Positions 56,905 to 64,000 of a DNA stretch of 64,000 bases are shown piece by piece. The notes under the pieces were generated by a model. It searched no databases and was not told the DNA's origin. It saw only the letters and a program-made list of their open reading frames with translations. The first letter of the stretch is position 1. Each line of letters opens with the position of its first letter. The DNA comes from an uncultured Gemmatimonadaceae bacterium (GTDB lineage Bacteria; Gemmatimonadota; Gemmatimonadetes; Gemmatimonadales; Gemmatimonadaceae), in assembly GCA_963740355.1 (NCBI GenBank), contig CAVUDW010000002.1, positions 1,824,001 to 1,888,000 of the forward strand. Reading direction: 5' to 3'. A program made the translations under genes and the position numbers.

Positions 56905-58350
56905 GTGTCACAGTTTTACGTCAAGCCGCTCTCGAGCCTCCAGCACGACGCCGAGCACACGCCACTGAAGCGCGCGCTCGGCCCGATGCACCTGACCACC
57001 CTCGGCATCGGCTCGATCATCGGTACCGGGATATTCGTCCTGACCGGCACCGCAGCATCACAACACGCCGGACCAGCGCTGGTACTGAGCATGATCATCG
57101 CAGCGGCAGGCTGCGTCTTCGCTGGCCTCTGCTACAGTGAACTGGCGGCCATGATCCCCGTCGCGGGCAGCGCGTATACATATGCGTATGCCACGACGGG
57201 CGAACTGTTCGCGTGGATCATCGGCTGGGACTTGATGCTCGAGTATGCCCTCAGCTGCTCGACCGTCGCGGTTGGGTGGGCGGGATACGCGACGTCGCTG
57301 CTCCGGGATCTCGGCGTTCCGATCTCGCCGCAGTTCGCCGCGGCGCCAGGTGTGATGGTGACGTTGGCGGACGGGACACTGGGCCACGGCATCGTCAACC
57401 TCCCTGCCATGCTGGTCGTGCTGCTGGTGACAGGGCTGCTGACCTTCGGCATCAAGCAGTCGGCGAATACCAACACGGTGCTGGTGGTAGTGAAGGTGCT
57501 GGTCCTGGTGGCGTTCGTGCTGGCGGGTGCCTCGTACGTGAATCGTGAAAACCTGACGCCATTCATCCCGCCAAACACCGGCGAGTTCGGCCACTTCGGT
57601 TTCAGTGGCGTGTTGCGCGGCGCTGGCGTGATGTTCTTCGCCTTCATCGGCTTTGACGCCGTCTCGACCGCAGCGCAGGAGAGTCGAAACCCGCAACGTG
57701 ACTTGCCAATCGGGATTCTGGCGTCACTGACGATCTGCACGATCATCTTCATCGCGGTGGCGATCGTGCTGATCGGCATCGTCCCGTACTCGCGGTTGAA
57801 CGTCGCTGATCCGCTGGCCGTCGGCATCGACAACACGGGGCTGGTCTGGTTGCGGCCGGTGGTGAAGATCGGTGCGGTGCTCGGCTTGTTCAGCACGATC
57901 CTCGTCCAGATGATTGGCCAGACACGGATCTTCTATTCGATGAGCCGCGACGGATTGCTGCCGGAGATCTTTGGCCGTGTGCATCCGCGCTTCCGGACGC
58001 CGCATGTGAGCACGCTGCTGACCGGATCGGTGTGCGCCCTGGTGGCCGGGCTGACACCGATCAATGTGCTCGGCGAGCTGGTGTCGATGGGAACGCTGCT
58101 GGCGTTCGTGCTCGTCTGCATCGGCATCGTGGTGCTGCGGCGGACCAACCCCACGACGCCACGTCCGTTTCGGACGCCAGGGCTGCCGTGGGTGGCCGTG
58201 GCTGGTGCTGCCATCTGCCTGTTGCAGATGCTTGCGTTGCCGCTTCCGACGTGGGAGCGACTGATCATCTGGCTCGCGATCGGGATGGCGCTCTACTTCG
58301 GGTACGCAAGGAAGAGTGCGGCACGGAAGCGGGCGGCGGCGACAGTCTGA
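56905..58350 (+). CDS. APC-family amino acid permease (cationic amino acid transporter-like)
   Basis: GSIIGTGIF, GSAYTY, FFAFIGFD, SRDGLLP. Confidence 0.94.
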   Translation: MSQFYVKPLSSLQHDAEHTPLKRALGPMHLTTLGIGSIIGTGIFVLTGTAASQHAGPALVLSMIIAAAGCVFAGLCYSELAAMIPVAGSAYTYAYATTGELFAWIIGWDLMLEYALSCSTVAVGWAGYATSLLRDLGVPISPQFAAAPGVMVTLADGTLGHGIVNLPAMLVVLLVTGLLTFGIKQSANTNTVLVVVKVLVLVAFVLAGASYVNRENLTPFIPPNTGEFGHFGFSGVLRGAGVMFFAFIGFDAVSTAAQESRNPQRDLPIGILASLTICTIIFIAVAIVLIGIVPYSRLNVADPLAVGIDNTGLVWLRPVVKIGAVLGLFSTILVQMIGQTRIFYSMSRDGLLPEIFGRVHPRFRTPHVSTLLTGSVCALVAGLTPINVLGELVSMGTLLAFVLVCIGIVVLRRTNPTTPRPFRTPGLPWVAVAGAAICLLQMLALPLPTWERLIIWLAIGMALYFGYARKSAARKRAAATV

Positions 58351-58383
58351 GCGTCCAGCTGGCGCCACAGGCCGTGGCGGATT

Positions 58384-59496
58384 TCAGAAGGCAGTGTTGA
58401 AGCCGATGTACACTCCTGAAGCGCCGTCGCGGCCGCGGCCATAGTCCGCGCGAATCGCCGTGTGCTGCCGTCGATCGAGTTCGAAACGGAGGCCACTACC
58501 GTAGCTGGGAATCCAGCCGTGCGAGAAAAGGGACTCAAGGCGGGGAGCGAGCGTACCCGCTCCACCAAATAGCACGACACCCAGGTGATGCCGTATCGGC
58601 GTCCGGTATTCACCTTGCAGTGCGATCGTGCTGCGATCTCGATATCGACCGCGCGCGTAGCCGCGCATGATGTCGCTGCTGCCGATCAGCGCCATCTGGT
58701 CGAATGGTGGAGCGCCGTCGACGCTCGTGACTTGCAGTTGGGCCGCCAGCACATGCTCACGCGCAATTGACCGGTATCCGCGAGCATCAATGCGGAGTGT
58801 GCCGAACGAGAAGTCGGACCAAACGCCGCTCGCGCTGCGCGCATAGCTCAATTGCACCCATCGGCCGCGGCGCGGCGCAAACAGGTTGTCACGCGTGTCG
58901 GTCACGGCCCCTACTGAAAGCTCGGTGATCGTGCCTCCAGTGCCGCCGATCAGTAGTTGGGGATCAGTGGTACCGCCGGAGTCGAAGGTTATTTGCTGAT
59001 CGACGTGCCGAACCGAACCTGTGGCATACCACGAGGCCCGGACGCGCTGCTGGACGCTGACCGTCGCCTCGAACCCACGAGGCGTAAAGCGATCCTTCTC
59101 CGCCACCGCAGAGGTGGACCCAATGCCGAAATACGGTAGCGGGAATTTCTGCCATTGAAGGCTGCCGGCCACACGCCGTTCATTGCCACGCGACCAGTGC
59201 TCAGCGTCCAGCTTCACTCGTGTCTGCTGCTTTGCGGTCCGGAGGGCCGACGCGGTGAGCGAGGAGGGTCGTGTCTCCAGAATCGCCGCTGGCTCCCAGA
59301 CGGCCAATACAGTCGCCCCATACTGCAGCCCCGTCTCCGGGGCCGATGCGATGGCCGGTAATGGCTGCACTCGGCGCCGGCTAATTGAATCGGCCCTTGT
59401 CTGCGCGCGCGCTGTTGCCGGGACAGCGTGGCAGCAGAGAATTGCCAGGAGCACGCTGATGCGCGTCTGCTGCGCCGTGGATCGCTGCCGAATCAT
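58384..59496 (-). CDS. Omp85 (BamA/TamA-like) barrel without obvious POTRA domains
   Basis: PETGLQYG, DTRDN, L6 motif MRGY, C-terminal beta-signal GFNTAF; ATGA overlap with the upstream gene. Confidence 0.82.
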   Translation of the reverse strand: MIRQRSTAQQTRISVLLAILCCHAVPATARAQTRADSISRRRVQPLPAIASAPETGLQYGATVLAVWEPAAILETRPSSLTASALRTAKQQTRVKLDAEHWSRGNERRVAGSLQWQKFPLPYFGIGSTSAVAEKDRFTPRGFEATVSVQQRVRASWYATGSVRHVDQQITFDSGGTTDPQLLIGGTGGTITELSVGAVTDTRDNLFAPRRGRWVQLSYARSASGVWSDFSFGTLRIDARGYRSIAREHVLAAQLQVTSVDGAPPFDQMALIGSSDIMRGYARGRYRDRSTIALQGEYRTPIRHHLGVVLFGGAGTLAPRLESLFSHGWIPSYGSGLRFELDRRQHTAIRADYGRGRDGASGVYIGFNTAF

Positions 59497-60167
59497 GGGC
59501 GCTTCCAGAAGCCTGGAACGCCGTTGCGACGCACGACCCATGAAGGAATCACCAGCATTCGACTGGTATTCAGGCCGAGCACCGATCGATCGTAGTAGAC
59601 ACCGATTTCTGGCCCAAAGCTGCTGTTGCGATCTCCGAACAGGTGCCCGAAGACCAGCCCAACCACCGGATCGTCTTGCCGTGCAGACGGGGAGAGTGGA
59701 GCAACCTGAATGGCGCGCAGTGCACCATAGGATTGACCGGCTGACGTCCACTTGCCGGAGGTGATCAAGGTCGCCTCGAAGCCGGCATGTTCACCCGCGT
59801 TGATCAGTCCCCCGCCGAGCATCAGAGCAGTCCGGGACCTGTTCTCCGGCGTGGCGGACGTGTCGGCGCGGGTCAGCTGCCGCTTCCACGTGAGCATGAA
59901 GCCGCTCCAGGTCGCGATGCGGAAACCAAGGTCCGTGCGATCGTCGATGCCGAAGCGAATATCGGTGTCGACCGAGGGCCGCCGCGTCGGCTGCGTGCCC
60001 GACATGTCCTTGATCGTTCCGGGAACGAGATTGATTATCGAACTGGTAGCCTGTTCGTTCGGAGCAGTCGTTTCTGCTCCCATACCGACCGAATACGAAA
60101 TGCACCCTGTCAGGAGCGACAGGGGTGCAGCAATCATGATGACGCTTTTGAAGGCGCAATGAGACAC
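59493..60167 (-). CDS. Hypothetical lipoprotein/beta-strand-rich protein
   Basis: Lipobox LTGC; translationally coupled to the Omp85 gene. Confidence 0.65.
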   Translation of the reverse strand: MSHCAFKSVIMIAAPLSLLTGCISYSVGMGAETTAPNEQATSSIINLVPGTIKDMSGTQPTRRPSVDTDIRFGIDDRTDLGFRIATWSGFMLTWKRQLTRADTSATPENRSRTALMLGGGLINAGEHAGFEATLITSGKWTSAGQSYGALRAIQVAPLSPSARQDDPVVGLVFGHLFGDRNSSFGPEIGVYYDRSVLGLNTSRMLVIPSWVVRRNGVPGFWKRP

Positions 60168-60396
60168 GGGACGCTTCTCCGGAGTGAGAGGGAAACTTCA
60201 CCTCCTCCAGAGTCGGACATTCGTGGCCGGCGCGGCATACGTCAGATGACGTAGTCGGTGGGTGAATGTGGCGTAGGCAGGCGCTGGTCGCGGCCCGTGC
60301 TTTACGTTGCGTCCGACCGGCGGCATCCGCCGACCGTGTGGCAACACAAGGCAAACCCGACGCGCGACCAGCCGCGTTCTTTACAGGAGCAGACCA

Positions 60397-61017
60397 ATGG
60401 AACTCACGGACATCCTCGGCCAGATGGGCGGCCTGTCGGCGATCGCGCGCGAACTGGGCATCAGCGAAGCGCAGGCGATGAGCGGTGCGGCAGCGCTAGC
60501 GCCGGCGATCCTCGGTGGCTTCAAGAAGCAGGCGCAGGCCCAGCCTGCCGGCCTCGAGGGTCTGGGCGGCTTGTTGAGCCAGCTGGGCGGTGGTGGCTTG
60601 CTCGACTCCGTGCTATCCCCGGCACCGACCGACGTGAACGCCGGCAACAATGTGCTCGGCCAGATTTTCGGCTCCAAGGATGTCAGCCGCACCGTGGCAC
60701 AGAACGCTTCGACACAGTCGGGACTGAGCGCCGATCTGCTGAAGAAGATGCTGCCGATGCTGGCGATGCTGGTGGCCGGCTACATGGCCAAGAACCATGG
60801 AGGTAACGGCGCGACGCAGAGCGACGCTCCGCAGTCGGGAGAGACTGGTGGAGGGTTGGGTGGACTGCTGGGTGGTCTGCTCGGCGGATTGACCGGTGGC
60901 GGCAGCGGCGCGCAAGCCTCCGGCCACTCCGGCGGCTTGGCGTCCATGCTCGACATGAATGGCGACGGCAATGCGCTGGATGATGTGATGCGCATGGCTG
61001 GGAAGGCAATGCGGTAG
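60397..61017 (+). CDS. DUF937/YidB-like protein
   Basis: AGGAG RBS; GNNVLGQIFGSK, KMLPMLA, Gly-rich tail, LDMNGDG. Confidence 0.85.
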   Translation: MELTDILGQMGGLSAIARELGISEAQAMSGAAALAPAILGGFKKQAQAQPAGLEGLGGLLSQLGGGGLLDSVLSPAPTDVNAGNNVLGQIFGSKDVSRTVAQNASTQSGLSADLLKKMLPMLAMLVAGYMAKNHGGNGATQSDAPQSGETGGGLGGLLGGLLGGLTGGGSGAQASGHSGGLASMLDMNGDGNALDDVMRMAGKAMR

Positions 61018-61091
61018 TGATGCCGAGTGCGGCCGTGAGCGACGCAGTGTCGCTCGCGGCCGTGACTTGGCACGCACGCGAACGGGCGTCC

Positions 61092-61886
61092 TCAGATGAG
61101 CGACGCGCTCGAGCAGAGTCGATCAGGTCGCGCCTTCGTGCTCATGTCGTTTGCGATACGCCCGGGCGCTGCGTTCGTGAGCGGCGTCGACGGCCCTGAT
61201 CCAGACTTCAGCGTCGGCACCGGTGCCGCTTCCGGCATCGATGCCACGGTGCGTGTCAGCAAGTAGTGCGCGGCGAAGTCCATGTCGACGTCGGATCCTG
61301 CTGCCGATCCGTCCATGTCCGACGCGGACAGATTTTCGATTCCAATCGAAATCAGGTCGGGCTGTGCTGCATCGCCGGTCAACCGGATTGTTTGTGGCGA
61401 CGGGCCAGTGATTTCGACTGTGACGCTCGTCCGATTGCAGTCCGCCGACCACGATGTGGCGTAGGCGAGAAGCAGGCCCGTCTCACGATCGAAGGTAGCT
61501 GGACCAGTCAGCGGAAACGCTGCAGGCGAGCGCACTCCGGGCGGCAGCAGTACTCGGGCTGCGACCTGGTGCGGGAATTGAGAGAGCGGATCCCGATGCG
61601 TGGCTGGCGATCCGTGCTCGGCCTTCAATGCAATCGTGAACGGCTGCGGGAGTATGGCGGAAGGGACCCCCGAGCCAATGGACCGCAGATCCAGCGTGTG
61701 GCCCCGGAGGGGAATTCGGGCCACGCCACCGGTCATCTGGTAGAGAAACGTTGGCTCGTGTGCTTCGATCGGATCCTTCCCGTGAAGCCTGGCCCAGTTT
61801 TCCGCGGCAGGAAACAAGATTTCCCAGTGGTTGCCGCGATCAATCCACAGTCCCAACCCTTGATGCACCAGCATCACGATGCCCAT
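61092..61886 (-). CDS. Hypothetical protein coupled to the CHAT protease
   Basis: 264-aa ORF starting 9 bp after the CHAT stop, with GAGG-type RBS; no family recognised. Confidence 0.7.
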   Translation of the reverse strand: MGIVMLVHQGLGLWIDRGNHWEILFPAAENWARLHGKDPIEAHEPTFLYQMTGGVARIPLRGHTLDLRSIGSGVPSAILPQPFTIALKAEHGSPATHRDPLSQFPHQVAARVLLPPGVRSPAAFPLTGPATFDRETGLLLAYATSWSADCNRTSVTVEITGPSPQTIRLTGDAAQPDLISIGIENLSASDMDGSAAGSDVDMDFAAHYLLTRTVASMPEAAPVPTLKSGSGPSTPLTNAAPGRIANDMSTKARPDRLCSSASLI

Positions 61887-61895
61887 GGCTCACCC

Positions 61896-64000
61896 TCAAC
61901 TCCCGAGTAGTTGAAATGCAGCCCAGGCGTCAGGAGCGCGACGTGCGGAATCGCCGGAGCGGAGCATCTCCAGCTGCGCTGACCGCAGTGCCGACGCCGG
62001 CGATGCGCCGGCGCGGAGATGCAGATGCAGAGACTGCATCAGCGCCGCCGTTTCCCGGTCGGGCACGGGCCAGCTGGCTCCAATCACATGGCGAACGCCG
62101 ATCGAGTGGAGCACGCCAGCGAGGGATTCCTGTCCGCCGAGGTCCGAGAGGAGTGCGGACCGGGTATCACAGGCCGCAAGCACGACCAGTTCCACACCGT
62201 GCAGGTCCCACTTCGACAGTGCCGCGGCCCGTAGCAACGAGTCACCGCGGGCGAATCGGATCGACAATCCGGACCGCTCCGGCGCGTCTGGGTCGAGAAT
62301 CGCGTGGCCGGCAAAGTGGACATATTTCGCGCGCTGCATCGACCGCTGAAGCGACGTCATGTCGCTCACTTGCGCGATGACGCGGGCGCGAGTGCCCCAG
62401 ATCTGCCGCAGAGAGTCGATTTCTGCGACCGCGCCAGACAACGCCCGATCGCCGGCGCGCGGCGCCGCATCGATCAGCAGGAACGCGTTCGTCGTGCCGC
62501 GCGCGACCGATTGCGTCGGCGTCGTGATGAACGCTGCGTCTACCAACTGCGGCTCGGCGTCTTCGGCCAGATAGCGACCGGTTCTGCCGTCGCGCAACGC
62601 GCTCCATGGTACCGACGCGGCCACGCCACGCGCATCGATCCGCAATCCGATTCCGTTCGCGCGTTTGGGGAGCCACGGCCGAATCAGGCCATCGTAGATC
62701 CGCACCAGCGCGGCCGAGTCTCGCGCCTCGACCAGTGACTCGAGCTGCCGCACACTAAGGCGGGAGACCATGCTCCGCACGACACCGGCCTCGGCATACC
62801 AGAGGAGCAGGGAATCGCCAAGCTGCCGGACGGCGACGGCAAGCGTACGATCGAGCGGCGTCGTCGTTGCTCGTGGCATTGCGAAGCGGCGACCGCTCAG
62901 CGCATCGAGGGCGGAGAGCGGTTCCCGGCGCGCCAGCAACAGTCGCGCTGACTCTGCGGCGGCTTCGCGTGATACCGCCGCCAGCTGTAGCCGCTCGAAG
63001 ACCGAGCCGCCGTTCCCAGCGCGCCGACGATAGTCCGAGAGCAGTGAGTCGAGCTCCAGCAACGCGAAGGTCGTGTCGCCATCCTGCGTCGCGGCGCGGG
63101 CTCGCGAGAGGCGCATCGGCAACAGGCGGGTTCGATTGCCACGCGCCTCCGTCTGGCGCACGGCCGTGTCGAGCATCGCCAGACTTCCGCGTCGATGCTG
63201 TTGCCGCGCGAGTTCGCCTCGCAGCCAGAGGACTTCTGGCGCAAAATCGTCACGTTCCGAGTCGGTTGCGGACTCCCATTGTGACACCATCCGTGCCACT
63301 GCCGCACCGGCGCCGCTGGTGTCAGGGCTCGCGAGCAACTGCTCCGCTTCCACACGGCTCGTTAGCAATGCGATGTCTGTGCGATGCAACCCTTCCGCGA
63401 CCGTGCCCAGTTCGCGCGCAAAATCAGCGGCAGCGTCGCGAAATCCGAGGCCGAGCGACAGCGTGCGCAAATAGTCGAGCGCCGTCCAGCGCCGCAGCGT
63501 GAGCGGCATCCGGCTGGTCGCAACGAGCGCGCTGCTCAGCACTGCAGCCGCCTGTTTCGTGTCGCCGAGCGTGACAAGCAGGGCACCGAGCATCGACTTG
63601 GACGCCGCCACACATTCTTCCTCCGACACGCGTTCGCACTGCGGCGCCAAGGCGGCCAGTCGCTCAGCGCCCTCTGCATGCTGTGCGAGCACGCCATAGC
63701 TGAGGGCCGTGCCCCACGCGGCACGTCGCGCCACGACTGGCGCCCGTGCCTGCTCGGCTTTCGCGAGTCGGACGAACTCCGCCCGCGCCTCGAGCGCGTG
63801 TCCTGAGAGCAACCGCAAGTTGGCATGTTCGTATCGGGTCCATCGATCGAACACCGCTTCGAATGCTGCTTCGCGTCGCGCCCGACCCAGCGCGGACTCG
63901 GCGCGGGCCCAGTCCAGGGTCTCGAGATGATGGCGATATTCTGCCAGCGAAACCAATCCTCGCGCGATCTCCAAGCGTCGCTGTGTGTTGGTATCAGCGA
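61896..64000 (-). CDS. TPR-like + CHAT domain (caspase-like) protease; N-terminus beyond the window
   Basis: VPWSAL, HFAGH, LAACDT, GASWPVPD, ALRSAQL, WAAFQLLG. The frame stays open to the window edge. Confidence 0.9.
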   Translation of the reverse strand, partial: ADTNTQRRLEIARGLVSLAEYRHHLETLDWARAESALGRARREAAFEAVFDRWTRYEHANLRLLSGHALEARAEFVRLAKAEQARAPVVARRAAWGTALSYGVLAQHAEGAERLAALAPQCERVSEEECVAASKSMLGALLVTLGDTKQAAAVLSSALVATSRMPLTLRRWTALDYLRTLSLGLGFRDAAADFARELGTVAEGLHRTDIALLTSRVEAEQLLASPDTSGAGAAVARMVSQWESATDSERDDFAPEVLWLRGELARQQHRRGSLAMLDTAVRQTEARGNRTRLLPMRLSRARAATQDGDTTFALLELDSLLSDYRRRAGNGGSVFERLQLAAVSREAAAESARLLLARREPLSALDALSGRRFAMPRATTTPLDRTLAVAVRQLGDSLLLWYAEAGVVRSMVSRLSVRQLESLVEARDSAALVRIYDGLIRPWLPKRANGIGLRIDARGVAASVPWSALRDGRTGRYLAEDAEPQLVDAAFITTPTQSVARGTTNAFLLIDAAPRAGDRALSGAVAEIDSLRQIWGTRARVIAQVSDMTSLQRSMQRAKYVHFAGHAILDPDAPERSGLSIRFARGDSLLRAAALSKWDLHGVELVVLAACDTRSALLSDLGGQESLAGVLHSIGVRHVIGASWPVPDRETAALMQSLHLHLRAGASPASALRSAQLEMLRSGDSARRAPDAWAAFQLLGS

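Noticed and set aside
61092..61886. Bacterial gasdermin next to the CHAT protease
   Set aside because: Size is similar, but there is no N-terminal Cys or gasdermin-like pattern I can recognise; left as unknown pending a structure search.
16..63930. Many long overlapping Arg/Ala-rich alternative-frame ORFs
   Set aside because: Expected shadow ORFs in high-GC DNA; they have no motifs and overlap better-supported genes.

Overview
GC-rich bacterial chromosomal segment with about 55 genes. The gene repertoire (signal-peptide-rich amidases, NHL/PQQ/VPS10/LVIVD propellers, Uma2, CHAT) suggests Gemmatimonadota, but this is an inference. I found no rRNA, tRNA, CRISPR array, transposase or phage genes. 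Contents: two OmpR-type two-component systems; a TetR/old-yellow-enzyme pair with visible tandem operators; an NHL + PQQ-dehydrogenase + HupE/UreJ-cytochrome c cluster; many exported hydrolases; class I fumarase; a split DUF4331 pair plus TPR operon with an ECF-like promoter; kynA; dacB; a six-gene amine-catabolism operon built on a trimethylamine/histamine dehydrogenase homolog; and, at the right edge, a CHAT (caspase-like) protease tightly coupled to an unknown protein. A REP/REPIN-like repeat mosaic lies at about 14.9-15.2 kb. Four genes are broken by single-G indels, probably assembly errors. Start codons were picked by eye and family names come from motif recognition, not database searches.
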